Positions 46,601 through 56,275 of a stretch of 64,000 bases of DNA are shown one piece after another (within the stretch, counting starts at the first letter, position 1; every line of letters starts with the position of its first letter). Position numbers and translations under genes: made by a program. The notes beneath the pieces are model-generated. The model worked only from the letters and a program-made list of their open reading frames with translations, had not been told where the DNA came from and searched no databases. Source of the stretch: Fibrobacterales bacterium (GTDB lineage Bacteria > Fibrobacterota > Fibrobacteria > Fibrobacterales > JAOPTW01); the NCBI GenBank assembly GCA_051532055.1, contig JAOPTX010000036.1, positions 1-64,000 on the forward strand, in the 5' to 3' direction.

Positions 46601-47333
46601 CAAGCTGTTCCTGCTCAATAATGGCAGTAGTGACCAGACGGGTTCAGTCATGGATCGTGTAAAAGATGAATCGTGGTTTAATGAGTGTGAAGTGATTCAT
46701 CTGCCTATAAATATTGGCGCGCCTGCGGCACGTAATTGGTTGGCAGCCCTTCCCGAAAATCAAGACGCTGATTTTATTGCCTATTTTGATGATGATATTT
46801 TAGTGAAGCCCGATTGGTTAGAAAAAATGCTCGAAACACTAGAGCGTTATCCACAGGCTGGGGTGGTGGGTGCTAAAATATTAAACAGTGGCACTCCTAA
46901 GGTTATTCAACACTCGGGAGGAGTTCTTACTCAAAGTGCAGATTGGATAAATAGAGTAATACTTTCGGGGAGTGTCGAAGATACAGGACAGTTCGACAGT
47001 GTGAGTGAGCGTGATTACCTCATGGGGTGTGCAAATGTGTATCGCAAAGATGCATTTTATGATACGGGATATTTTGATCTACAATTTGCTCCCACGCAAT
47101 TCGATGATGTTGACCATCATTTACGCATGAGACTTAAAGGATATCAAGTTATTTTTGATGGAAGGGTAGAGATTGTGCACTTGAGAAATTCTGGTGGACC
47201 GGTTAATGCAAACCATATTGCAAATCGATACAAACTCGAAAATAAATACAGTGTAGAAGATGCTCAAAAAATAATTGATCAAGGAGCACTGAAAGATTTT
47301 TCAGCCAAACACCCTTGGGCTATTCCTCAATAG
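43659..47333 (+). CDS. Multi-domain glycosyltransferase (GT4 + TPR + GT2 + degenerate domain + GT2)
   Basis: WIPDFQH/HKNH/PSLFEGW (GT4); TPR-like helices; SIVVPSYNQG/DGGSTD/WLNSDD (GT2); NNGSSD/FDDD/DDVD (GT2); GTG start with AGGAG SD. Confidence 0.88.
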   Translation: MRIALNQVGNSKWHGGITYLHNLLCAIRSLPVNDQPELFLHIDQNTAPHLQDNASLFPLLDGITYRGPIPLQETSVSGLPLKSYTSSDLFFEDIDFLFPLNTDVLPGVPVASWIPDFQHKYLPHLFSQELLSSRDTLYQKMADEATVVVLSSEAVKKDYINLYSSNAAPVEILRFHTSIPKDALEMSPQTIVNKYELPDNYILCCNQFWAHKNHSMLFETLALLKKQGHSPTLVCTGGTEDFRDKNYFTNLTNSDAFNAVKENVKILGFIPREDQIQLLRSATALIQPSLFEGWSTVVEDARSVGLPLFLSNLDVHVEQAPEASYLFDPHDPAQLAALYIENISTCLTRDKVACEQKAAQESRKLVQRYAETFLTIAQKYSQDQDQGQSERSIMNTRDELLPIESMIKAGNNEDAVNTLMPIVRGNPNDIDAYYLLIICFWNLGSYEKAQTMLSMALDMAANHEGLIYLKNKVALATIDKSKIALPETTVLPSVLGHHEENLPKISIVVPSYNQGRYLDKCLSSIFSQNYPNLECCVIDGGSTDESVAVIKKYDDKLTFWVSENDRGQSHAINKGLERSTGDIWAWLNSDDWYEPGALFKVAETYKCNPEASAWVGACYRLHDNGWLHYISYPNGLTREHLGNNWNCRQFYQPSCFFNRKYVQEVGGLKEALHFTMDIDLYLRVLERGPFVQGEGIWSTALAQTDAKTVKQIGEAFAEHAELDRSYGFIRGAQNIEEKIKSQYKYSNYAVPDSVLDALALLSSEFDVQAPFEFYTRSHLYFIGDFSNKENVQESIRWIKALVSVLFERIHNPVLHVCGAGVTAVSSLAQPNQVILSERTDLSNLKQVNSVVISPHTYSLEWLDANRTPLTHAGVPIHFCGLQGSYTNYVNGENAFLGKEPDELAFKVMLCMLEPSTYGNFSAMTLLNSGPQSTLGTEPTSVVQCQEANNQKRVHVFIYCWNNESKIKDALESLRTTQYTNYKLFLLNNGSSDQTGSVMDRVKDESWFNECEVIHLPINIGAPAARNWLAALPENQDADFIAYFDDDILVKPDWLEKMLETLERYPQAGVVGAKILNSGTPKVIQHSGGVLTQSADWINRVILSGSVEDTGQFDSVSERDYLMGCANVYRKDAFYDTGYFDLQFAPTQFDDVDHHLRMRLKGYQVIFDGRVEIVHLRNSGGPVNANHIANRYKLENKYSVEDAQKIIDQGALKDFSAKHPWAIPQ

Positions 47334-48498
47334 CAAGAGAGTCATGCCTGAGGAGTTTCTTGGCAAGCTTTAATGATGCGAGGACAGCGGCATCCATGTT
47401 GTAATATGTGTATTCTCCAAGGCGTCCTAAAAAATGAACCGAGGGCCAGTTTTGAGCCTCTTTTTTATAGAGTGAAACTATGTGATCAGTACTTTCATTG
47501 TGTACGGAGTAGTAGGGGGTGGCAAATCGCGGGTCGTCTGGAGTGTAGTCATTAGGGAATTCTTTTACCACTGTAGTGGTATTTGCATCTTGACCGGTAA
47601 GTTTTTTGAATTCGGTAATTCGAGTAAATTGTTCGCTGGTGGGGTAGTTGACTACGGCGCCAATCTGATACGACTCCTGCGGATAGTGTTCCCATTTAAA
47701 CTCAAGGGTACGGTAAGGGAGTCTTCCGTGAGTGCAATCAAAAAATTCATCAATAGGTCCTGTCCAAATGACATTGCCTTTAAAGAGCTTCTTATCCAAA
47801 AACAGGTCACCATTTCTTTTATCTATTCTGCTTTCTGCTGGGGTATTGAATGTTATATCAATAAGTGGGTTATCGAGCAGTTTTTCAAAGAGTGGGGTAA
47901 ATCCATTTTTAGGCCTTACTTGATAGGTGTCATTAAAGTAGCGGTCATCTCGTGAAAGTACTACGGGTACTCTATTGGTTACAAGGGGATCGAGTTGTTC
48001 AGGGGTAACACCCCACTGTTTCATTGTATAGTGTAAAAATATTTTCTCATATACAAATTGCGCGAGCTCCTTGAAGTCGGGGTCTTCCGTCTCTTTGAGT
48101 TTTAATATCGGAACACGAGCGTCTTTTCCATAGGTTTCTATGAGTTTATTCTCTAAGGAACGTGCCTGTTCTTTAGGGAAAAGAAGATGGAGGGAGTTTA
48201 AATTAAAAGGAATGGGGGCAAGGGTGTTGTCGATATTGCCCAATACTTCATGTTCATAGGGCTCCCACTCAGTGAATCGCGAGAGGTATGTATAGACATT
48301 AGGTGAGGATGTGTGGAAAATATGGGGGCCATAGTTATGAATAAGAATACCGTGGTAATCATAGCTATCGTAACAGTTGCCGCCGATGTGATCTCGTTGT
48401 TCAAGAATGAGAACTCGTTTTCCTTGTTCTGCAGCCTGTTGGGCAAATACTGATCCCGCAAATCCGGATCCAACAATGAGGTAGTCATATTCTTTCAT
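47320..48498 (-). CDS. glf: UDP-galactopyranose mutase
   Basis: VGSGFAG, HIGGNCYD, YGPHIFHT, RYFND, LPYRTL, GRLGEYTYYNMD. Confidence 0.96.
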   Translation of the reverse strand: MKEYDYLIVGSGFAGSVFAQQAAEQGKRVLILEQRDHIGGNCYDSYDYHGILIHNYGPHIFHTSSPNVYTYLSRFTEWEPYEHEVLGNIDNTLAPIPFNLNSLHLLFPKEQARSLENKLIETYGKDARVPILKLKETEDPDFKELAQFVYEKIFLHYTMKQWGVTPEQLDPLVTNRVPVVLSRDDRYFNDTYQVRPKNGFTPLFEKLLDNPLIDITFNTPAESRIDKRNGDLFLDKKLFKGNVIWTGPIDEFFDCTHGRLPYRTLEFKWEHYPQESYQIGAVVNYPTSEQFTRITEFKKLTGQDANTTTVVKEFPNDYTPDDPRFATPYYSVHNESTDHIVSLYKKEAQNWPSVHFLGRLGEYTYYNMDAAVLASLKLAKKLLRHDSLAIEE

Positions 48499-48581
48499 AA
48501 TGGTGGTGGGTTAAGGATAGATACTTATTGAAAGTAATATATTTTTACATTCTACTGTATCGAAATAGTTATTTTTCATAA

Positions 48582-50018
48582 ATGAGTATAATCAGTCCAT
48601 TAGCAGAAAATCAGCCCCTCACAATTCTTTGGTTAAGTGGATACTATTACCCAGAAGCTCTTCGCGCCTTAGGGCATAAGGTGATTGCACTCATTACTCC
48701 TGCGCGTAAACCAGGATGTAGCGATGATTTGCCGGTTGATTTGTATGGTGACCCAGCAACTGTTGCATCAACCATCCAGAATTTAATTAAGAGCTTTAAG
48801 CCAGATGTTTTGGTTCAAGGTGATGACATGGCTCCGACTATTCATTTGGGGTTAGAGTGCATAACACTCCCCAAAATATGGCTAGCAGCCGCCTCGACGG
48901 AGCTTAATTGGCAGATACATTATGCAGCCCTTTTTTCTAAGGTGCTGTGTAGTCAGTATAGAGACCTCAATTTGCTTTCGAAGTTTCAAGAACAGGTTCT
49001 TTGGCTTCCTATGGGGGATATTGGCTATTATCTCAACGGTCGAAAACGTACCGTTTCCTTTCACGATCGGCCATCTGTTGTCGGTGTAGTAGGTCGAGGG
49101 TTAGAGTCCTTTATAGGTCAATTACAACAAGAGCTAGAGAGGCGCTCATTGCATATTGCTGTTGAAAGTATTGATATTCTTGAAACTGAGAAGGCCAAGT
49201 ATTGTATTAATGGGGAACTCAATGGCAATATCACCAATACTTTTTTTGCTATACCAGGTAGTGGCTCACTTATGTTTTCACCTCTGTTTCAAGAATGTGA
49301 TCAACTATTATTGGCCCAAAAAGATTTTATCCCCTTTTCGTCGATTACGGATATTGCGGGCGGTATTGAATGGGCTGAGTTACATCCAAATGAAGCGCAG
49401 GCAATTGCAATGTCAGGTGAGAAAAAAGTACTAGAACAGCACACGATGTTGGTTCGGGCAAAAAGTGTTGTGAATCAGATATATTCTCTAATAGGTAAGT
49501 TTACAGATGTGTCACTCAAAAGTAAAGCACACCTCGCCTACGCCTACCAACTCTGCTCCCAATACCAACTCCCTCAACACATAATTGAATTTTTCACCGA
49601 ACAAGCTCTCGAGCTCTCCGAAGAAACAAAATACGACCCAGAAGCACGTTCCTGGAGTCTTCTCACCCAAGGAATTCTCGCTTTTGATAATGAAGAGCCT
49701 CTTCGGGCATTTAGAACTCTCAGTAATATACTTGACCTTCCGAGCGATATTGAGTTTCAACTTCAATTTTATAAGTATATCGTTATGGCTTCGGTCCAAT
49801 GTGAGTATACCCCTAAAGTTTCTCAATTCCTTAATGAGGCTCTTAAAAAATTCCCTGATTACCCAGAGTTTATTACCTTAAAAGAGTCGATAAAACTTGA
49901 TGAACTAGATGAAAAGCTTGCTCAAGTGCCAGAAAAGGAAGAATCTGAAGGGGGGCAGGGTAACGATGATTGTTCAGAAGACGACTCTTCCTCAATTGAC
50001 GCGCCGTTACCGTTTTAA
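48582..50018 (+). CDS. CgeB/Glyco_trans_1_2-like glycosyltransferase with helical C-terminus
   Basis: WLPMG, FFAIPGSG, IAMSGEKKVLEQHT..RA pattern; divergent. Confidence 0.55.
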   Translation: MSIISPLAENQPLTILWLSGYYYPEALRALGHKVIALITPARKPGCSDDLPVDLYGDPATVASTIQNLIKSFKPDVLVQGDDMAPTIHLGLECITLPKIWLAAASTELNWQIHYAALFSKVLCSQYRDLNLLSKFQEQVLWLPMGDIGYYLNGRKRTVSFHDRPSVVGVVGRGLESFIGQLQQELERRSLHIAVESIDILETEKAKYCINGELNGNITNTFFAIPGSGSLMFSPLFQECDQLLLAQKDFIPFSSITDIAGGIEWAELHPNEAQAIAMSGEKKVLEQHTMLVRAKSVVNQIYSLIGKFTDVSLKSKAHLAYAYQLCSQYQLPQHIIEFFTEQALELSEETKYDPEARSWSLLTQGILAFDNEEPLRAFRTLSNILDLPSDIEFQLQFYKYIVMASVQCEYTPKVSQFLNEALKKFPDYPEFITLKESIKLDELDEKLAQVPEKEESEGGQGNDDCSEDDSSSIDAPLPF

Positions 50019-50238
50019 ATACGTGACTTGAGTCCCGTTAAATTCTTACCAAAACATCTAAAATTCAATGTAAATTCGTATCTAACAGAGGAGAAACTAC
50101 TCTTCGAAATGAGCGAATTTTGTCAAAAAACCTATATTTAGCCTACTAAGTGTTGTGGTGATGTCGGCTGAAACCTTACTAAGGGTAATACTTTTACTCT
50201 GCTTAACCCCTTGTTTTTATAGTACTTTATAGAGAGTC

Positions 50239-50271
50239 GGGAACACACAACACAATTGAGGGAACACACAA
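50239..50271 (+). repeat. 12-bp direct repeat GGGAACACACAA with 21-bp period
   Basis: Copies at 50239-50250 and 50260-50271, overlapping the SD/start region of the next gene. Confidence 0.85.
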
Positions 50272-51116
50272 TGCCGATTGTATTTGATTATTTAAACTAT
50301 AGGCTCTATCTAAAAGATCTGTTCAAAGAGGAAAAGAAAAAACCTACTTCGCAGATCACTCATAAATATATACTCGCAGAGCTTGGTATTACGTCAACGG
50401 GGTTTATGTCAAATGTTATCGCTGCGCGTAAAAATCTTACTCATATTCAGGCAACTAAAATTGGTAAGATACTGAAGTTTAAAAAACATGAGATGCAGTA
50501 TTTCGAAATACTGGTCTACTTTACCCAGTCCAAAACCATTGAAGAGAAGAATGAGTACTTCAATCGTCTGGTAACCCTTCAAAAAGTTAAAATGAAGGTG
50601 ATTGACAAGAAAAGGATGAGTCTTTTTTCAAAATGGTACTATGTGTTTGTCCGAGAGCTCCTTGAGAGTTATAATTATAAGGGAGAAACTACAGAAGATC
50701 ACACAAAACTTGCGAAGAAAATGATTCCCCCAATTAAAACGAGTGAAGCACAAGAGGCAATTAACTACTTGAGCGACATGGCTTTGATTGATAAGGATGA
50801 TGAAGGGTACTACCGCCCAGTCAATAGTGCAATTAGTACTGGCGATGAAGTGAAATCCCTTCATACAGCAAAATTTCAGCTTGATACAATGGACATGGGC
50901 AAAAATGCTCTAAATAAAGTCAATCCAAAAGAGCGTGATATTTCTTGTTTGAGTATGTCACTTTCGGAAGATACGTTCAATCTTATAAAGATGGAAATAC
51001 AGTATTTTAGAAAGCGTCTTGCGAAACTTGCAGTAGAAGAGACGAATTTACAAAGAGTATATCAATTGAATTTTCAATTTTTTCCTGTTACGACAGAGAC
51101 AAAAGACGGGAAATAA
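50271..51116 (+). CDS. TIGR02147-like protein (N-terminal HTH-like, DUF4423-like C-terminus)
   Basis: FDYLNYRLYLKD, WYYVFVRELL, ERDIS, RVYQLNFQFFP. Confidence 0.8.
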   Translation: MPIVFDYLNYRLYLKDLFKEEKKKPTSQITHKYILAELGITSTGFMSNVIAARKNLTHIQATKIGKILKFKKHEMQYFEILVYFTQSKTIEEKNEYFNRLVTLQKVKMKVIDKKRMSLFSKWYYVFVRELLESYNYKGETTEDHTKLAKKMIPPIKTSEAQEAINYLSDMALIDKDDEGYYRPVNSAISTGDEVKSLHTAKFQLDTMDMGKNALNKVNPKERDISCLSMSLSEDTFNLIKMEIQYFRKRLAKLAVEETNLQRVYQLNFQFFPVTTETKDGK

Positions 51117-51128
51117 CCGGAGCAGTAT

Positions 51129-52631
51129 ATGCGATATGTGGGATTAAAACCTGGAACTATATTAGGCACGATGATTTTGAGTGCCTTGCTTACAGCAGGT
51201 TGCTCAGTGAGTGAACAGACAGCAGGTGTCACTGAATGTGGGAATACGGGTGTTACTGAATGTGGGAATACCGACCCTATTGCTGAGGTGAGCAGTAGTT
51301 CTGTAGTGCAATTAAGCAGTGGAGGAGTTTCATCTTCTCTTACTCTATCAAGTTCGTCACAGACTATCAATGAATCAAGTAGTTCAATCGAAAAAGAATT
51401 TAGACTCGAAGGTGTTGCGCTCTATAGTGATGGCAGTCCAGCTTCATTTGCTGAAGTACTTGTACGTACCCAAGATTATCTTGCGAGTAATGGTGGCGAG
51501 CCGGTGCTCTTACAAAAAACATCAACTGCTCATCAAGGGCTCTTTAAACAATCAATGATGGTAGCCGAAGCAGTTGTCGTTATCACTGATAGTGAAGGCC
51601 GATTCTCGCTTTCATCTCTCTTTCCGGGCAACTATAATATTGAAGTAAATAACAAAGAGACGCACTCTGCATTTCAACCAATATCTATTAGTGCTGATGA
51701 TACTTTGATAACAACACAAATGACCCTTAAGGAATATGGTTCAATTACGGGCGCAGTTGAAGTCCCAGAGAATGAACAAGCATATGCAAAAGTCTATGGT
51801 CTTGAGAAGAGTGTTGATGTTGATGAGTTCGGACGGTTTGTTATAGACGATATGCCACAGGGCGATTTCAAGATCCGTATCGACTTTAAAAACAATACAG
51901 GACTCTCTATTGATGTAAAAGACTCAATTCAGCTCGATAGTGCAGAAGCTGATTATATAGAAACAGATATGAAGTATATGATATTTAGTGAAACACCTGT
52001 TGAAAATTCGGTTCGTTTCTGGGATCAGAAACCTGTGGAATTTCAAGACTCAATTTATGTATTGGGTGGTGGTTTTGTTGGAAACTTTCCTGATATCATG
52101 TTTGAAGAAAAAAAGTATATAGATTATATTCCGATGGTTGGGTATCGCGATGATAAAGCAAGCCTCGTTACCGAGGGTGACTCATCGCTCTATATTGGCT
52201 TTTATGAGTCACTCGAGTTCGAGATAGGCAGTGTCTTTTTCTACTTCCCGAACTGGCTTGACTCTCTCGAAGCTGATGATTGGCAGGCACAGGGACTCGC
52301 TCTGAGGAGAGACTTACGCCCATGGCAACATCAAGACCTCGTATTTGATATTCTCACAGAGCATAATATGCAAGTGAAAGTGAGTTCAAGAGAAAATGAT
52401 ACCTACGACCCGACAAAACCTGAAGATGTTGATGTCGTAGCAAATATATTTGAATTTGGTGCATCAGATCTGTGGGAATGGGAAACGGTGCGTGTACCAC
52501 TCTCGCACTTTACAACAGCAGACTTTTCGAAATTAAAAGTGGCTTTCTTTATTCAATATGCAGAAGAGGGCGATGTGTTCCTTGATAATATCCGCTTTGA
52601 GCCCCGTCCAGCAGAAGTGGTGAGCGAATAA
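51129..52631 (+). CDS. Lipoprotein with carboxypeptidase-regulatory-like beta domains and a C-terminal putative carbohydrate-binding domain
   Basis: Lipobox LTAGC; Ser-rich linker; TDSEGRF...PGNYNIEV; C-terminal W..VRVPLSHF...FLDNIRF. Confidence 0.7.
   Translation: MRYVGLKPGTILGTMILSALLTAGCSVSEQTAGVTECGNTGVTECGNTDPIAEVSSSSVVQLSSGGVSSSLTLSSSSQTINESSSSIEKEFRLEGVALYSDGSPASFAEVLVRTQDYLASNGGEPVLLQKTSTAHQGLFKQSMMVAEAVVVITDSEGRFSLSSLFPGNYNIEVNNKETHSAFQPISISADDTLITTQMTLKEYGSITGAVEVPENEQAYAKVYGLEKSVDVDEFGRFVIDDMPQGDFKIRIDFKNNTGLSIDVKDSIQLDSAEADYIETDMKYMIFSETPVENSVRFWDQKPVEFQDSIYVLGGGFVGNFPDIMFEEKKYIDYIPMVGYRDDKASLVTEGDSSLYIGFYESLEFEIGSVFFYFPNWLDSLEADDWQAQGLALRRDLRPWQHQDLVFDILTEHNMQVKVSSRENDTYDPTKPEDVDVVANIFEFGASDLWEWETVRVPLSHFTTADFSKLKVAFFIQYAEEGDVFLDNIRFEPRPAEVVSE
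51225..51272 (+). repeat. 2x 24-bp tandem repeat encoding GVTECGNT
   Basis: ggtgtcactgaatgtgggaatacg / ggtgttactgaatgtgggaatacc (22/24 identical). Confidence 0.95.
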
Positions 52632-52666
52632 AAAGACAATTTCAGAGTTGTGAACTTTGAGTCAAC

Positions 52667-52705
52667 AAAAATAAAAAAGCCCGGTAACCCGGGCTTTTTT
52701 ATTTT
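52667..52705 (+). terminator. Intrinsic terminator (bidirectional geometry)
   Basis: AAAATAAAAAAGCCCGG-TAAC-CCGGGCTTTTTTATTTT. Confidence 0.88.
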
Positions 52706-52832
52706 CAATAGCATGAACAGTTTATAAACCTTCATTATTTGTTCCATGTTAAATATAAGGTTACAGTAAACACACATTCTGGCAGGAACTTACTTTTACT
52801 CTCATATATTGATATAGAAACCTGGGGGAGTA

Positions 52833-55229
52833 ATGGTATCTTGCATACATAACACTGTGCTATACGGATTATTGATAGTTTTTTCATTGATTCTGGGGTG
52901 TGATAACGCATCATCGACATCACCTAAAGTTGAGGATGGTCTTCTTGACAATAATGAGTACCGAAGCTTTCATGTGGTCTTAGATACTCATGCTCATATG
53001 GGTGATTCACTCACTATATCACTGCATACGATGACGAAAGATACACTACTCTCTTGGATAGTGACCGAAGGGGGTGGGTCAAGTTATACCATTGATTCTT
53101 TGAATGGGGGCGATACGGTGATGCTCTATGCTCAATTGATAAGAACAGGGACTCTTATAGCAGACCTCACTGATACTCTTGTACAAGGCGTGGATACGGG
53201 GTATGTGAATGGCATTCCCTCTCTTATGATTAAAGCTGATACAGTGGTTATTGTGGGTGATCGATTTCTGCCTACTGTTACCGTCAGAGATGATGATCCA
53301 GCTTATCAGATAGAAATACAATATGAAGAAAATCTACCGTTTGTGCCGATTTCTGGTGGAGCACATCGATATAGTGCAGTGGGTATGAAGTTGGTAGTTG
53401 CTCGGGTAATAGATTGTTGTCATACTACGTATGATACGCTTGTGGTGTCGGTGATACCAGTCCCAAACGCTGTTGGACCATCTACTCCACAGCCAGTGAG
53501 TCCATCAATGCGGATACGAGGCACTGCGATAGGGGATGTTGAGTCTATTGGTAGTATTGAGATGGTGGTAACAAGTGCTCGGGGTGATTCTATTGCCCAA
53601 AATAGCATATTGACTCTTCCTGGCTTTTATGCTGAAATGAAAATGCCTTTTTTTGATACTCTCTATACCCTTGAGGTTAATGTGTATGATAGCGCATCAC
53701 ATGCGAGCGGTTATTGGAAGGGGACTTTTAGAGGTACTGATTCTTTAGTAACAATTGAGGAGCTTCATCTTCAAAATGGTCTTCCCTCTGTAGAGCTCCA
53801 GGGGAGTACTGAGGTTTCAGTATTCGATTTAGTTCAGATTACCGCATTGGTAAAAGACACAGTGGGAAGTAATGGCCCATTGTCTTACTATTGGAAAGGA
53901 GTTGATGGGATGTATGTTTTAGGTGCTGCAGTACATACGGTCACTACCGGTGCACTTGAAGGAGATATATCAGTTCAATGCAAAGTTGTCGATGCTGATG
54001 GAAATAGCACCGAAGCTACTCATGCCTTGACGGTTTTTATTGATGCGCCTTTGGTGTCTATGATTGGTAATGATACTACCATTAGTGATGGGGCGCTCTT
54101 TGCATTTAATTATGAGGTGACTAATCGTTTTGGAACAATTGAAAAGGTGGAGTGGGATTATAATATTCTCGATGATCTTACTGATTATGAGCTCGGGTTT
54201 GGGCCACAAAAAGAGATGCTCACCGCAGATACGATAACTGCAGTGGTTCGTGTAATAGATGATGATACACTCTATGGGTTCGATTCGATAACTGTGACTT
54301 ACGCCGCAGTGGAGCACGACTCCATTGGGGTTGATACGGTGTGGTTTAATTGGACGCGCGCATTAGGGGCTCACTTTAAGGCGTATGAGTTTTATGGCTC
54401 GACACAAAAAAAAGATCTATTTCTTGGTGAGCCATTAAAGGTTGAATCTAATGTCAAGCATACGAGTGGATTTATACCTGGATTAATACATAATACGCTT
54501 TACTATTATGGAATGAAGGTGATTCGCTTTGATGATTCGATTCCTGCTGTTTCACAAATTCATGAGTTCAAGACAATACATCAAGGGTTTGAAGACACGC
54601 ACTTTCCCTATAGTATACTGCGAGATTATAGAGATACCGTATCAAAGAAATGGTTTATCACCGACTCTGTAAGATTGAGTGATCAAGACTCCGTAATGTT
54701 TCAAGGCAAGAATCAGATGCTCGGTGGGGGAACCGTTGGTGCATGGCCCTATAAAGGCTATCCTGATACAACGTATTCTCATGGGCCAAAAATTCACAAT
54801 GATGCGAGCGGGCACTGTACCGAAGGAACCTATTGTTTGTATGCTATTTTTAAAGAGACATCTAAAGAGCCGGGAAGTGTATTCTTCTATTACCCCAATC
54901 CGTTTGATTCTACTCAAGCATTGCGCCGAGACCTACGGTCTTGGTCCAAACAAAGTCTTAAATTTGATATTAAGACGACTCATCACATTGAAGTGAAAGT
55001 GAGCTCACGGGATTCTGATCTTGTGGAGGATCTCAATGGGACTCCTGGAGATGTAGTGGCTGATGTCCTTGATTATGTTGTATCAGAAAAAGACGGGTGG
55101 AAAAGTATTTCAATTCCATTAACGTTGTTTAAGGATGTTGATTTTGGTAATATAAAAGTGCCCTTCTACATGCAATATAGAGATACCGCTACGGTGTTTG
55201 TTGATAACATTCGTTATGAAAAGCAATAG
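52833..55229 (+). CDS. Large lipoprotein with Ig/PKD/FN3-like domains and the same C-terminal domain as the upstream lipoprotein
   Basis: Lipobox ILGC; VVDADGNS, EWDY, YYYG motifs; C-terminal GSVFFYYPN...ALRRDLR...VKVSSR...FVDNIRY. Confidence 0.7.
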   Translation: MVSCIHNTVLYGLLIVFSLILGCDNASSTSPKVEDGLLDNNEYRSFHVVLDTHAHMGDSLTISLHTMTKDTLLSWIVTEGGGSSYTIDSLNGGDTVMLYAQLIRTGTLIADLTDTLVQGVDTGYVNGIPSLMIKADTVVIVGDRFLPTVTVRDDDPAYQIEIQYEENLPFVPISGGAHRYSAVGMKLVVARVIDCCHTTYDTLVVSVIPVPNAVGPSTPQPVSPSMRIRGTAIGDVESIGSIEMVVTSARGDSIAQNSILTLPGFYAEMKMPFFDTLYTLEVNVYDSASHASGYWKGTFRGTDSLVTIEELHLQNGLPSVELQGSTEVSVFDLVQITALVKDTVGSNGPLSYYWKGVDGMYVLGAAVHTVTTGALEGDISVQCKVVDADGNSTEATHALTVFIDAPLVSMIGNDTTISDGALFAFNYEVTNRFGTIEKVEWDYNILDDLTDYELGFGPQKEMLTADTITAVVRVIDDDTLYGFDSITVTYAAVEHDSIGVDTVWFNWTRALGAHFKAYEFYGSTQKKDLFLGEPLKVESNVKHTSGFIPGLIHNTLYYYGMKVIRFDDSIPAVSQIHEFKTIHQGFEDTHFPYSILRDYRDTVSKKWFITDSVRLSDQDSVMFQGKNQMLGGGTVGAWPYKGYPDTTYSHGPKIHNDASGHCTEGTYCLYAIFKETSKEPGSVFFYYPNPFDSTQALRRDLRSWSKQSLKFDIKTTHHIEVKVSSRDSDLVEDLNGTPGDVVADVLDYVVSEKDGWKSISIPLTLFKDVDFGNIKVPFYMQYRDTATVFVDNIRYEKQ

Positions 55230-55240
55230 TATTGAGATGA

Positions 55241-55268
55241 TTTGAGGGGCATTTTAAATGCCTCTTAA
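55241..55268 (+). terminator. Hairpin, possible terminator
   Basis: TTGAGGGGCATTT-T-AAATGCCTCTTAA; no clear U-tract. Confidence 0.4.
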
Positions 55269-55318
55269 AATAATCGTGTCGAGTGTGAGAGATAAGGTAC
55301 ATTTAGTTAAAAAAGCCT

Positions 55319-56275
55319 ATGAATACCGATACTTTTTTTCCAAATATACTCTTTCGAAATCGACATGTGCAAACCATCGCTCCCACCCTTTTTAGGAAGG
55401 TCTTACCGCTTCCGTATCAGCGTGTAGAGGTGGAAACCAATGATGGTGATATTCTATACCTCGATACGGTTTGTGAAAATAATAGTAAGGCTGTCATTCT
55501 CATACATGGAATGGAAGGGCACTCTGATCGGGTTTATATACGCGGTATGGGTCAGCAACTCCGTTGTGATAGTATGGATATATTTGCTATGAACATGCGA
55601 GGATGCGGTGGTGAAAATCGACTTGAAAAATTTTATAATGCTGGTTTAATAGAAGATGTTGATGCCATTGCCTCTTACGTGCAAAGTCTTGGACGGTATC
55701 GTGAACTATATTTTGTTGGATTCAGTTTAGGGGGTAATCTCCTTCTTAATTTTCTTGCAGACTCCCTCTCAAAGAAATACCCAGAGATTAAAAAATCTGC
55801 AGTAGTATCAGTGCCGATGAACTTGGAGAGCTGTGCCCGTAAGCTCAACGCGTGGTATAATAAAATTTACCGATGGCGCTTTCTCAAAGACTTTTATGGT
55901 AAAGTATCAAGCAAGGCAAAGCGGTTTCCTTCATTGAGTCCCAAAGAACATTTTGCTGCAATTAAAACATTACAAGATTATGATGACTTATATACGGCGC
56001 CCCAGGGAGGGTATACTTCCTGTAAGGATTACTATGAGAGTGCCTCAGCAATTTCACGAATCTCCGCAATCAAGACTCCCTTTTTAGTACTTGCATCTTT
56101 GGATGATCCTTTTCTCGAAGAAGATTGTTACCCTATAAATGAGCTTGAAAACCACCCAACAGGTTCAATGATTCTCACTAAAAAAGGGGGACATGTAGGC
56201 TTTTTTAATACAATACATGATTCTCGTTATTTTCATGAAACTAAGATTTCTGACTATTTTAAGTCAACAATGTAA
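55319..56275 (+). CDS. YheT-like alpha/beta hydrolase
   Basis: NRHVQTI, HGMEG, NMRGC, GFSLGG, DDPF, GGHVGF. Confidence 0.88.
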   Translation: MNTDTFFPNILFRNRHVQTIAPTLFRKVLPLPYQRVEVETNDGDILYLDTVCENNSKAVILIHGMEGHSDRVYIRGMGQQLRCDSMDIFAMNMRGCGGENRLEKFYNAGLIEDVDAIASYVQSLGRYRELYFVGFSLGGNLLLNFLADSLSKKYPEIKKSAVVSVPMNLESCARKLNAWYNKIYRWRFLKDFYGKVSSKAKRFPSLSPKEHFAAIKTLQDYDDLYTAPQGGYTSCKDYYESASAISRISAIKTPFLVLASLDDPFLEEDCYPINELENHPTGSMILTKKGGHVGFFNTIHDSRYFHETKISDYFKSTM

